DNA of 32,013 bases, taken from contig NC_068989.1 of the NCBI RefSeq assembly GCF_001194135.2, positions 65,890,924 to 65,922,936 on the forward strand. The letters are read 5' to 3'. This document shows positions 1-12,570 of the stretch, piece after piece. The stretch is from Octopus bimaculoides (taxonomy: Eukaryota). Position numbers and translations under genes: made by a program. The notes below the pieces were generated by a model. That model was not told the DNA's origin. It ran no database searches and saw only the letters and a program-made list of their open reading frames with translations. Within the stretch, counting starts at the first letter, position 1, and each line of letters opens with the position of its first letter.

Positions 1-71
1 ACATACATACATACATACATACATACATACATACAAACATACATACATACATACATGCATACATACATACA
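1..71. repeat. (ACAT)n microsatellite
   Basis: Near-perfect ACAT tandem units from the window start. Confidence 0.95.
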
Positions 72-2016
72 TTTATCGTACAGTATTAATAGCTAGCAAT
101 CTGATACTACTTTTCATCTAGACATAATCTTATGAGTATTCCTAAATTTCGAATGACCTTTATTAATTTTTTCCATACTAAGCTTTCATGATATACACTT
201 CTTAATCACTAGTAAGATATCTTATCGGGGGAAACACTCGCCCTACACCAAACTATAATAATATATCAGTGAAAATGTCTAAACTAAATAGAACTACACC
301 TGCCTATAACCTAAGGGCCCTCAATTTATTTAGAACATGTTAATACATGACTTACCTTCATAGCTGAGGATACAGAGCCACAGCATGGAAGAGGAAACGG
401 TAAATATTTAATTTTCCCATTTACGTTTCAAAACAGACTGCGATGGATGACTAACGGGAAGGCTGGAACGTCGGTTGTTGTATTTCATTACATTTCCGAG
501 GGTGGTGGTGATTTCCACAACAATAGCTCAACAGGAGCAGCAACGACAAATGAAACCGTGTTTCAGTTGGAATAAATACTCTAATCCGCCTAAAATTTAC
601 TGGTTTTCTGAAACGATTTTCTTTGTAACGATTGTGACGTAATAGCCAATAATATGTGAACGTCATAAAGTACAGGAAAGTAATCGAAATAAGAAAAGTG
701 CCAAGGAAATTTGGCAGTCTATGCAGTCGTTAGCATTTGGGGTATAACAGCCCACGGATAGGATACCACTGTTTGAAACAAACATGAAGATAGTAAACAA
801 TATACACTAAATATACAATGTCCAAACGAAAAACTTCATTGCCATGGATGGAACGCTTTTGGTTTTAACTTTGCGTACTTTGGTTTCATCTTGCGCAACA
901 CAATCTCCGTCTGTAAGACACTTAAATCGTCTCGTCTTTCTGCAAACAATATCTGGGATTCACTTGTATTAGAATTCTATTACGTGATGGTGGCATTTAT
1001 GTAGAAGCCATTTTCTCCATAATTCACTTCTCTCTAATGGAAGCCAGAGCCACAAAGATTTCCAGAAATTACTTTATGACGAATTTCCCTTTCTTCCTCT
1101 AGTTAATTTGTTGATTCTCTCGTTCTTCGAATTCTTCATTTGGGTAGCGTTTTTTCATATTTCATGTCTTTTTTGTCTTTTTTTTTCTTTTCTTTATTCT
1201 TATGCACAACAAAACTCCTACCACTCCCCCTGATCACTTGCAGATACACACATTAGCCAAATATGAAATTCTTCTGATTAATCGAACTCAGTAATACCAT
1301 CAGTGTCCTGATGCTCGTCTTCTTTCACTAGTAGCAAACTTCCATGTCAGCGCAGGTTCTTGCAATCACTTTACTCACCAATAACTCTAAACAACTTTAG
1401 TACATTCTATTATGACACACGATATTGACATATTTCTGAGAACGGTACCACCAATTACTCCAAATTACTCAAACAAATATTCTGCTAATGATTCCTTTCT
1501 CTCAAAGGGGATGGAGATGATCATAGACAACAGGATTTTTCTAGTATAGTTTCCTATAGATTCCTCCCTCCTTCTAGTATAGTTTCCTAAGTCCCAAAGC
1601 ACCGTAAAAATTAGCTCTTCTATCAGCCTTGAGCACTTGATGGTAGCAATGCTGTTGTGTGTGACATCGCAGTTATTAGATAAAGTAATTACTACATTGC
1701 TTGTTCAAAGTAAAACATGTGAGTTAGCAAACTCCCATTGTTACGACCATCATCAAATAATCCACGGGAATTTGACCCGAATGTTTCTGTATATTTAAAC
1801 GCAATCAATGGAAAAACTCCAACGTGTATAAGGCAATATTGTTATTACATTGACTAAAGGTGGTAGATTGGTAAAATCATGAGAGTGACAGCCAAAAGTA
1901 CAGTGATCAATTTCGTTATGCTATTTACTCCCCGAGTCCAAATTTTATATAGGATAACTTTGCATTTTATTCTTTGAAGGTCAGTAAAAATTTCAACAGA
2001 AAAATAGTGGCCCGAT

Positions 2017-2061
<45 letters not shown>

Positions 2062-2293
2062 AAACGGTTCAAGTCCTGCGCCTTATTTTCGATGTAAGGG
2101 GGTTTATGCCCAATACATTACAGGGTGATACTTACAGCTTTATTAACCTTGAGATATACTATATACTATATATATATGTATGTATACATATATGTTACTT
2201 GTCCAGTTATCCATTTGTTTCTCTCGTTGTTTGCGTATTGAAAATTTTTGCTTTCGTATTTCATGATTTACAGTTGGTGACGTCCTGTACCAA

Positions 2294-2384
<91 letters not shown>

Positions 2385-2611
2385 ATATATATATTATTTA
2401 TACAATTATTTGATTGAATGCCACGCATCCATTTCTGAATAAGTTTATCTTTATATATATATATTTAATAAAATTCTCGGATTGGAAGATTCGTTACAAT
2501 CTCAGATAGATTGCTTTGAAGTAATCGTTCTGTTTTTCGCCACTGTGAGTTTATATTTCATTGTGAGTTTATATAAAGAAGTTCCCTGTTCAAATTTCCC
2601 CATCATTACTG

Positions 2612-2837
2612 CAATGGGCTGGCAGAATCGTTAGCACACCTGGCAAAATACTCAGCGGCATCTCATCCGTCTTCAAGTTCTGAGTACAAATACCACCGAG
2701 GTCGACTTTGCCTTTCATCCTTTCGGGCTTGATACAATAAGTACCGGGTGATCACTGGGGTCGATGTAGTCGACTTAGCAGTTCTCCGAAATTGCTAGCT
2801 TCTGGTCACAATTTATAACCAATATGTCTTCATCATC
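2612..2837 (+). mobile_element. tRNA-headed SINE, family A, copy 1
   Basis: A-box-like GCTGGCAGAATCGTTAG, decayed B-box GAGTACAAATACC, then central block GAGGTCGACTTTGCCTTTCATCCTTTCGGG...GATACAATAAGTAC...CTGGGGTCGATGTAGTCGACTTA. Homologous pieces recur at 2838, 3300, 7590 and 9501. Confidence 0.85.
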
Positions 2838-3050
2838 AAGGCGTCAAAGTGGCAGAATGGGGCAAAATACTTAGCAGCGTCTCGTCCGTGTTTACGTACT
2901 GAAAACAAATACCGTCAGGGTCCACTGCCTCTCATTCTTTCGGGCTTTATAGGATCAGTATCAGTTGCTCACTGAGATCGATGTAGTCAACATACCTGTT
3001 CCCCAAAATTGCTAGTCTTAAATCAAAATATGACCAATATTTCTTCATTA
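2838..3050 (+). mobile_element. tRNA-headed SINE, family A, copy 2 (head-to-tail with copy 1)
   Basis: Colinear with 2612-2837 (TGGCAGAAT, GGCAAAATACT, ACAAATACC, CTTTCGGGCTT, TCGATGTAGTC, AAATTGCTAG, ACCAATAT.TCTTCAT), with a deletion of about 13 bp in the head. Confidence 0.8.
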
Positions 3051-3299
3051 TTGAGATACACAGACAATTCCTTGTCTTTGTCGATAACTGATATGCAACG
3101 AAAATGTAATGGGTCTCTTTGTAGAACTGTGACTCATAACTTTCTTGTTCAGCATTTGTAATACAAAATAGTTTAACGTAAAACAAAACAATACTTCCAC
3201 TAGTACATTCTATAATAATTCCAGCTCCGCCTGTGATATATTGTAGGAGCGGCGTTAGTGAGCCATCGGTTTATTGAGATCAGAAGAAATGCCACGATT

Positions 3300-3340
3300 T
3301 TAATTGACTTCCGTGGAATTTGAACTAAGAATTTAAAGTT
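3300..3340 (-). mobile_element. SINE family A fragment (B-box region)
   Basis: Reverse complement CTTAGTTCAAATTCCACGGAAGTCAA carries a canonical B-box GTTCAAATTCC and resembles the segment leading into GAGGTCGAC in copy 1. Confidence 0.5.
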
Positions 3341-3524
3341 CTTACAGTTGTTTTGAACATGAAAGGCATTTTGTCTGATTTATTAGCTACTCTTCTCATT
3401 CACATCTAAATTGAACTTTTATCTCAAATTTTTTTGTCGTTCTCAGAACGTGGGTGATCAGTATATATATATATATATATATATACAGTGAGAGAGGGGA
3501 GAGAGAGAAAGAGTGACAGATATA

Positions 3525-3822
3525 TGTTGGGCTCCCCTGTCGAAGTCGACGTACGAGTGTTCGGTTTTTGCTGAACAGCCAGCACAAATGATTTCTTTAT
3601 AGCGATGGGAATGTATGTGCCGTACATTACCTCATTTCCTCCTTCAAATTGGTGTTGCCTGAGCACGTTCACGGTATACCACACGCCAGGTGTCGATGTG
3701 ATCGAAGTGCAACGTAAGATGAAGTGTTTTGCTCAAGAACAATGCGCAACCCGGTCTAAGAATTGAAACTACGATCTCGCGATCGTAGGTACGTTACCCT
3801 AACCACTAGGCTGTGCACCCTT
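3525..3822 (-). mobile_element. tRNA-headed SINE, family B (CORE-like domain)
   Basis: Minus strand reads CAGCCTAGTGGTTAGG (A-box), GTTTCAATTCT (B-box-like), then GTTCTTGAGCAAAACACTTCAT, resembling the CORE-SINE motif CCTTG(A/G)GCAAG.CACTT. The 3' boundary is approximate. Confidence 0.7.
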
Positions 3823-3872
3823 ACTATATATACATATATACCTATCTACCTACTTATCTACATACATACATA

Positions 3873-4045
3873 TACTCTTTACTCTTTTACTGCGGCCATG
3901 CTGGATCACCGCATTTAGTCGAGCAAATCGACCCCAAGATCTATTCTTTGGAAGCCTAGTACTTATTGTATCGATCTCGTTTCCCGAATCGGGGACGTAA
4001 GCACACCAGCATCGGTTGTCAAGCGATGTTGGGGGACAAACACAG

Positions 4046-4078
<33 letters not shown>

Positions 4079-4231
4079 CATATATACGACAGGTTTCTTT
4101 CACTTTCCGTCTACCAAATCCACTCATAAGGCTTTGGTCGGCCCGAGAATATAGGTGCCACGCAGTGGGACTCTTCCCGGAACCATGTGGTTCGTAAGCA
4201 AGCTACTTACCACACAGCCACTCCTACGCCT
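3873..4231 (-). mobile_element. Composite tRNA-headed SINE, family C, with internal (TA)/(TG) tract and LINE-like 3' tail
   Basis: Minus strand: AGGCGTAGGAGTGGCTGTGTGGTAAG (A-box), decayed B-box, internal TA/TG repeat, a module shared with family A, then GCGGTGATCCAGCATGGCCGCAG and a short AAAGAGT-repeat tail. Confidence 0.88.
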
Positions 4232-4737
4232 ATATATATAAATATATATATATATATAAATATACATATACATACATACATACATATATATATATATATN
4301 NNNNNNNNNNNNNNNNNNNNNNNNNNNNNNNNNNNNNNNNNNNNNNNNNNNNNNNNNNNNNNNNNNNNNNNNNNNNNNNNNNNNNNNNNNNNNNNNNNNN
4401 NNNNNNNNNNNNNNNNNNNNNNNNNNNNNNNNNNNNNNNNNNNNNNNNNNNNNNNNNNNNNNNNNNNNNNNNNNNNNNNNNNNNNNNNNNNNNNNNNNNN
4501 NNNNNNNNNNNNNNNNNNNNNNNNNNNNNNNNNNNNNNNNNNNNNNNNNNNNNNNNNNNNNNNNNNNNNNNNNNNNNNNNNNNNNNNNNNNNNNNNNNNN
4601 NNNNNNNNNNNNNNNNNNNNNNNNNNNNNNNNNNNNNNNNNNNNNNNNNNNNNNNNNNNNNNNNNNNNNNNNNNNNNNNNNNNNNNNNNNNNNNNNNNNN
4701 NNNNNNNNNNNNNNNNNNNNNNNNNNNNNNNTATATA

Positions 4738-4769
<32 letters not shown>

Positions 4770-4783
4770 CATACATACATACA

Positions 4784-4816
<33 letters not shown>

Positions 4817-5050
4817 GTACATGTATGTATACGTTAAAGGGAGAGGAAAATCTGAGTTATCGATATCAATATATATCAGTAATATACAGCGATTGCTTCT
4901 ATCAAACTGTCCCTTAATTTTCTGCACGCTCGTCAGAATCATTTCCCTTGTGGTTACACAAAGCGAAAGAAACCAGTGTACTACTTGGCAAATGAAGAAC
5001 CACTGAATGACAACTTTCACCTCATTTTTTTTTTGCATTTGTTCTACCTT

Positions 5051-5064
5051 CAACAACAACAACA

Positions 5065-5149
<85 letters not shown>
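5051..5149. repeat. (CAA)n(CTA)n compound trinucleotide repeat
   Basis: Directly visible; source of the poly-Q/poly-L ORF 4976-5182. Confidence 0.95.
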
Positions 5150-5460
5150 GATTATAGTTATATCGTTATGTATAGAAGGTGAGGGAGAGGGAGAGGGGAA
5201 GAAGTCTCTTGCTGTAGCACTAATTAATTGCTTTTGTACTGTTAACCCATCTAAGATAAAGCCATATTGTATTTATACGTAACTTCCGGAAATCAAATGA
5301 AAAGAAAAAAAAAAGATGAAAGCAGTACAGGAATTAGTTCCGCGGTGAAATGTCATCCAAGTAAATGAACAGTTTGATATTCCTTCTGGAAATGCCATGC
5401 CTTCTAGTATTAGAGTAAATGCGAGATGTACGAAGTTTAGTCTTTCTCACTCTCCTTCTC

Positions 5461-5502
5461 CCTCTCTCTCTCTCTCTCTCTATTTGTGTATGTGTGCTTA
5501 CA

Positions 5503-5597
<95 letters not shown>

Positions 5598-5720
5598 GTG
5601 TGTGTATGTGTGTGCGTGAGCGTGTGTGTGAATGTGTGTATGTATATGTATTTATATTTATTTGTGTGTGTGTATGATTTTGTATTTACGCATATATGTG
5701 TGCGCGTGTGTAAATACATA
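5461..5720. repeat. Compound (CT)n/(TA)n/(TG)n microsatellite
   Basis: (CT)n at 5461-5481, long (TA)n at about 5507-5592, then a degenerate TG/TA tract. Confidence 0.92.
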
Positions 5721-6616
5721 TACACAGCATACATTCCTTCATGTAAAATATAAATTCTGAGAAGAGACTAGCTTTGTGTATGCTTAGAGAAAGACAGCAG
5801 GAGCGAGCGAGAAAGAAACAGAAAGATGGAGAGAGAGAGGAAAAGAGAGTAAAAAAAAAGAGAATGAAGCATGAGAGAGAGGAAGATATACGCAGGTGCG
5901 ATTGAAATCTGCTTTGTTGAATAATTTCTTTTGTATAAAAAGCTAGCCTACTGAATTTTGACACAGCGAAAACAATAGGCTGTATTGAGAAACTACCGGT
6001 TCGTAAAACTGAGTTATAAGAGATAATAGGCCGAGAAAACAGTCTCCTCATTTTCAGATAATTAACCAAAGTTGATTCCCAGGAAGTAATCTTTCCGCAT
6101 AAAAAAACATATGAAATGAAATATATAAACAAAAATATAACGACTTTAGTGTATTCGTTAATAAGAAAGCGAAGAAAATAAATAATATTGAACATAAAAA
6201 TAATCATAAAGCATTTCCTATTAAGGCAAAATATATACATTGGAAGATTGACGATATTCATTATTTTGAAGAAGAACAGAAATGAAATAATAAAATTAGG
6301 TAAGACTAAAGATAGATGGCTGTTTTGGGAAGATATAACTGTGTGGAGACTTTGAGAGAAGCAACATTGTCTTGAAAGATTACAATCATGTTGTCAATGT
6401 CGTTTGTGTAAGCTTTTTACAAAGAATGGCATTAACAACAAGCAAATCAATGAGTGTGTTTATCATGACAAATGTAGCACTAACAACTATATCTAGCTCG
6501 CAGCTATTTCCACATGGCTAAAGCAAATGATAATGGTAAGAATAAAGAATAAATAAAAGAAACCGTCAAATAAAAGAGAGAAAAATAAATCCAGATCTTA
6601 AACAGGAAACATGCAT

Positions 6617-6723
<107 letters not shown>

Positions 6724-7589
6724 CAATGGATCTACCAATAACGCATATTATACGTGCATATATTATCTTGTTTCGTGTAGAAATACACAAACACGCACAG
6801 AATCAAAATGCTCACCGAAACATCTGCATAACGAAACAGAGCTTGGCAAATGAAGCTATAGAACTATGTTAGTATAGAAGAGATTTAGGTGAAGTAGTGT
6901 GATTAACACAAAAAAAAAGACGATTTCAAGATTTTTTTTAATTGCAGCCTGGTTTAAAATAATGTACTTCCTCTTGAAACACGAATTCAGTGTTATAAAC
7001 TTTATGATCCTAAGATATCCTTCCCGGCACAATTTTTCTATTAAGCAAAGATTAACAACGCACGTGTATCCATAGTTTCAATCAATTCCAATAACACCAT
7101 ATGAAACACGAATCAATAATGACGAATCTGCGTATTCCATCGCTCTGCTTAAAATATTAACTAAATCTCCCTCAAATCATCATCTAGCATCCAAAAACAT
7201 TTACTCTTATTATATGTTTTATTTCTATATGATTCGGAAGGGACAATATAAATGCAGCGAAACATTAAAGATTCTCAAAGGTCACTCGCTCAAAGACATG
7301 AAATATCAAGGAATATATATAGTACTCTATATTAAATGATGCAGCAAAGAGGTGGTCAGGCACAAGAGTTTGAGCGTTCAACAAAATACCTTGAAGTATT
7401 TCCTCTGAGTCCGCCACCGTCAACTAACTAAACTCGATTCAAACACTGGATCAGAGATTATGGACTAACTCTCGACTCAAATGTCTGTCCTTGCGCCTGA
7501 ATCAGACACTATATTAAATGATCAAGTGTAAGAGCTAAACTCCCTCGCTACTAGAATGAAGAGGTAACTGACCGCGGAACGGGAAAATA

Positions 7590-7650
7590 CAAAGTTGTCA
7601 TTTGGAGTCAGAACGTAAAAAGAAGTACGAAATACCGCAACGAATTTTGT
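7590..7650 (-). mobile_element. Degenerate SINE family A head fragment
   Basis: AAAGTTGTCATTTGGAGTCAGAACGTAAA...ACGAAATACCGC resembles the reverse complement of the 2640-2710 head. Confidence 0.5.
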
Positions 7651-7998
7651 ATTAATTACGCCCCGTTGATCTACCAATCCTCGAATGTTAAACACACCAT
7701 TTATACATACATACATATACAAATATATANNNNNNNNNNNNNNNNNNNNNNNNNNNNNNNNNNNNNNNNNNNNNNNNNNNNNNNNNNNNNNNNNNNNNNN
7801 NNNNNNNNNNNNNNNNNNNNNNNNNNNNNNNNNNNNNNNNNNNNNNNNNNNNNNNNNNNNNNNNNNNNNNNNNNNNNNNNNNNNNNNNNNNNNNNNNNNN
7901 NNNNNNNNNNNNNNNNNNNNNNNNNNNNNNNNNNNNNNNNNNNNNNNNNNNNNNNNNNNNNNNNNNNNNNNNNNNNNNNNNNNNNNNNNNNNNNNNNN

Positions 7999-8031
<33 letters not shown>

Positions 8032-9500
8032 ATGTATGTATGTGTTGTGTCGACGCCCCCAGGCGAAGAAGTAGGATCTCCCAAGACATATTAATAGAAG
8101 TTGTTTGGCTGTGGTAGGAGCGTTGAGTAGCAGTCGAGTAGCAGTTGTGTAGCGGTTAAGTATAGATCATCCGAAGGTGCTAGATAGCAGCAGCGTTGAG
8201 ACATAACAGTGTGTATATATATATATATAGATGCACACACACGCGCGCGCATACATACACACACCGCAAATTGGCAAAGACGTCAGAGAAGAGGATTAAA
8301 TACCATGCGATATTTATTCCGACTCTTTGTATTCTAATTTCATAATTCGTCGAGTCAACTTTATTTCTCATTCTTTCAACTGTATAAACTCAAAAATCGG
8401 ACTGGATAATTTATATCGTTTTGTTTAATGTTCGAATCACACCATAGCCTATTTGAGTGGAACTACAATCCGCCTCACAATTTAACTCCTTCACCTGACA
8501 CTTTAGGGGTACGGTGGATTTAGTGACGCTCACATGATGCAAATTCTCAGGCCGAATCTCCAGTTTGAGGATACTTCTTTCCCTCCCCAAATCCGAGAGA
8601 CCCTTTCCTCTTGACAAAAAAATATAAAAAGACATTAGACATCAGAATTATTATTAGGAGATCTATTTGTTTTAACCTCAAAACATAATTATCATTTCCG
8701 AAATCCTCCTACGTTTTCCATTTGCATACATTATTTTTGTTAATTATTTGTATTATTTCCATTATTTGCATAAATTATTAATTTTACTTCGTCAGGGAGT
8801 TAAAGCATTGAAGTTGCTTTAACATTTGAATGATATTAATGAATAATTAGCTAGGATGTAATTAGTTGCGTACACAAATTTCGAAATCCTCTCGCCTCAC
8901 TAAATTTATTTTAGATTCAATACTGTTAAATCTTACTTCAACATTAACAATATCTCTATCATGAGACAGACTTTTCTTGCTATAAGTTTGCTGAAGGAGT
9001 GATGTGCGAGGCATTTTGTATTCGTTACTTTTTCTTCATTTGCGTTAACACTTTTAATATGAATGTTTTTAGTGAGAGCGGGGAGAGTAAAAGGGAGGAA
9101 TAATGTAAGAGAAATGAGAAAATGTCTGCATTCCTGTCTGTTTTATTTTGTATTTTTTACTTCCTGGATCTGAAGGGAGTGAGATTGTGCATAGTGTTCG
9201 CTCACCCTCGAAGGTTATTTTGATGGATACCATTAATGTTCCTATCGAATGTTGCTGGGCTGACAGTAATAAAGGTTATTACAAACAGTCAGCATTGATG
9301 TGATGGCAGTATCCTGCAAGTAGTGTATTACTTCACATATCGCCGGTGCTCCATGGTTTGGCTGAGGATTTTTAGCTCAACTGGCCAATGCAAGCTTATG
9401 GCAATTTGATAGAGATCCATAGCCGATTAAACTGACTTTAGAGTTTGACTAACACTCAATTCTCTCAGGCTTGAAATAATAAAATGTATAGTTTTTCCTA

Positions 9501-9597
9501 AGTGGAATTTTAATTGAGAGCGTAAAATCCTGCGGTATAAATACCACAAGGGACTTTTTTTTTCCAATGCTCTAACGATTTTACCAGTGCAACGCCT
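9501..9597 (-). mobile_element. Degenerate SINE family A head fragment
   Basis: GTGGAATTTTAATTGAGAGCGTAAA...CTAACGATTTTACCAG..C..CGCC resembles the reverse complement of the A/B-box head (CTGGCAGAATCGTTAG). Confidence 0.5.
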
Positions 9598-10544
9598 CCC
9601 TATTTAGAAATAAATAATCCATCGCTAATGACGTCATGTGTTTTGTATTAAGATTCTTGCAACAAAAGCTTTTAATATATGTAATCACTTGTTTACGTAG
9701 AACTATAGATCCCAAACAACTTAAAACTAATAACCTATTCAGAAGCATTCGATCGAACAGGGATTATTAAGTAGGCGAAATTTAGGTCAAAGACAATAGA
9801 ATACCTATCATACAGCCAAGGGAGAATAAAGTACTTTCTATCTCTCATTCATATTACTCACAGAATCATAACTTCGTGGTCGTGATTCTAATAAAATAAA
9901 CGTTCATCTAATACAGAATTGCAATATCACAATGTACATCAGTAAATATGCCAGAATCTTTAAATACATTACTTCAAATTAGCTATTAATTAATGCAGTG
10001 AAGATTAATTAATGTTTTCTGCCCTGAATGTGTAGATATGCAAATGAATATAATCGACGCCTGTTCGACGTTTCTTTCATCCTAAACCAAGCTGAAAGCA
10101 GATTTCATTGCCTGCAGGACGAATACGATTAGATATCTTCATGAGTCGGAAATAACCTGTGGAAACTGAGCTGCTCTCGAAGTCAAGTTGCAGAGAGAAA
10201 TGTGTGGTTTAGCTATAAGGTCTATTTATATGGCAGGAATGGCAGGGGGGAGGGGAATGTGTGTTTATCAAGGATTTGTATAATATCAATTTATTCACAA
10301 AATTATTCTCGTTCATTTAGTAATTTAGCATTTTGCATCTACATACATAGATGCATAAACAAGTGAATTGCACCTTATAGCAGGAGCAGCCGTAAGCTAA
10401 TGAAGTGCATGGCATAATTTCTTATTTCCTTGTCATGTATTTACTTTATTTTTACCGCTCTATGCTTCATTGAAGCTTTGTTCTTAAGCCTATGTATACT
10501 GATTTCTAACTCCCAGGTTATTAGTATCGCTATACTTAAGCGAA

Positions 10545-10869
<325 letters not shown>

Positions 10870-10885
10870 AATAATAATAATAATA

Positions 10886-10944
<59 letters not shown>

Positions 10945-10960
10945 AATAATAATAATAATA
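10870..10960. repeat. (AAT)n(GAT)n(AAT)n tract
   Basis: Directly visible; also serves as the tail of the upstream element. Confidence 0.95.
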
Positions 10961-10961
10961 A

Positions 10962-10984
10962 ATGGCAGCGCAAGACCAAGCTTT
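10962..10984 (+). mobile_element. Start of a 5'-truncated R4/Dong-like LINE piece (remainder in gap)
   Basis: ATG GCA GCG CAA GAC CAA GCT TT = MAAQDQA(L/F), matching the AAQDQAL motif of R4-clade RLE LINEs. Only 23 bp are visible before the N-run. Confidence 0.45.
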
Positions 10985-12224
10985 NNNNNNNNNNNNNNNN
11001 NNNNNNNNNNNNNNNNNNNNNNNNNNNNNNNNNNNNNNNNNNNNNNNNNNNNNNNNNNNNNNNNNNNNNNNNNNNNNNNNNNNNNNNNNNNNNNNNNNNN
11101 NNNNNNNNNNNNNNNNNNNNNNNNNNNNNNNNNNNNNNNNNNNNNNNNNNNNNNNNNNNNNNNNNNNNNNNNNNNNNNNNNNNNNNNNNNNNNNNNNNNN
11201 NNNNNNNNNNNNNNNNNNNNNNNNNNNNNNNNNNNNNNNNNNNNNNNNNNNNNNNNNNNNNNNNNNNNNNNNNNNNNNNNNNNNNNNNNNNNNNNNNNNN
11301 NNNNNNNNNNNNNNNNNNNNNNNNNNNNNNNNNNNNNNNNNNNNNNNNNNNNNNNNNNNNNNNNNNNNNNNNNNNNNNNNNNNNNNNNNNNNNNNNNNNN
11401 NNNNNNNNNNNNNNNNNNNNNNNNNNNNNNNNNNNNNNNNNNNNNNNNNNNNNNNNNNNNNNNNNNNNNNNNNNNNNNNNNNNNNNNNNNNNNNNNNNNN
11501 NNNNNNNNNNNNNNNNNNNNNNNNNNNNNNNNNNNNNNNNNNNNNNNNNNNNNNNNNNNNNNNNNNNNNNNNNNNNNNNNNNNNNNNNNNNNNNNNNNNN
11601 NNNNNNNNNNNNNNNNNNNNNNNNNNNNNNNNNNNNNNNNNNNNNNNNNNNNNNNNNNNNNNNNNNNNNATATATAAGTATGATCTTAACTGGTATGGTA
11701 GCACACCGCTGACGCTTTTGAAATGAAAACGGACGTATCCATTGCATATGTAATCTGTAATAAATTCGCTCTGAAGAAAATCAGTAATTCGATGACAGTC
11801 GAGTTTGAAGAACAACCCTACTAAATAGGCTGAAAATTCAGGGACATGGCATACTGTATGAAATTCATAGAAAAATAATGTTAAAATCATTTCTTATTAA
11901 GGAGAAACAGAGCGTAGCATATACGACAGAACAGAACACTGGCGAGAATACAACTAAAAGAAGTTAGCTTCAATAATTTATCAACATCTGAGAGATAAAT
12001 TTGATGGTTCAACAAACCACTTTATAAAAGCTCTTTCTTCATATCGACATGATCCAACATGTAGACAAGTTACAGAAATAATTCAAATAGCAGAGGTAGA
12101 AGCTAAAACTACACACACCCTCAACGGAAAGTACAAAGAGAACAACGATAACAACACCACATTATTCCAGTGACGAGGGAAAAGATCACCAACAAAACAG
12201 GCAAAGAAATAGCTGAGTGAATTC

Positions 12225-12570
12225 CAAATACAGCAAATCCCGGAATTAGGCGTACTGGAAAAAAGCGCAGAAAAATCTAAGCATATGAAAACCCTTGCTT
12301 AAATCCCTGCTTTAGACGTTCTTACCGATAAATGGCAAGAAAATCCTCCCATTGGCAAATACCAAAAGTGAGTTAATAATATTGTTATTTACAAAGCCCT
12401 TCTCCGTCAATGGCTAGTGTCTTCTGGCTTAAAATCAGAGACAGAAGGGTTTGTCATAACAGCCCAAGCATATCTTTTGTAACAATTCTACTGGGCACTC
12501 TATTTTCATTCCTGATCCAGTATTCAATTACCGTTCGATTTGCCTACCAAAGAAAAGCTACCAGGCCAAC
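12225..12570 (+). mobile_element. R4/Dong-clade LINE relic (post-RT region), interrupted by an inverted insertion
   Basis: Translates as IQQIPELGVLEKSAEKSKHMKTLA*IPALDVLTDKWQENPPIGKYQK*VNNIVIYKALLRQWLVSSGLKSETEGFVITAQ | insertion | CLPKKSYQAN. This matches the R4-type W.EKPLHG.Y...WL..SGLK.ETEG.I.AAQDQ.L.T..Y pattern. Homology may extend upstream to about 11890. Confidence 0.8.

Noticed and set aside
451-666. 71-aa minus ORF with hydrophobic stretches resembling a membrane protein
   Set aside because: It is bounded by stops (one at 730-732 upstream in frame) and has no family motif. Hydrophobicity is expected from AT-rich DNA.
1373-1390. Possible 8-nt minus-strand micro-exon (TTTAG|AGTTATTG|GTGAGT)
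   Set aside because: Weak pyrimidine tract, frame-shifting length, and such motifs are common by chance.
1539-1589. 18-bp direct repeat TTCTAGTATAGTTTCCTA with a 33-bp period
   Set aside because: Only two units; an ordinary local duplication, not a CRISPR-like or other array.
2612-4231. tRNA gene calls for the A/B-box segments
   Set aside because: They run directly into SINE bodies and lack a complete cloverleaf.
4895-4940. Minus-strand CTGACGA-GCGTGCA-GAAA
   Set aside because: No closing 10.1-11.1 pair, and no plausible stems I and III.
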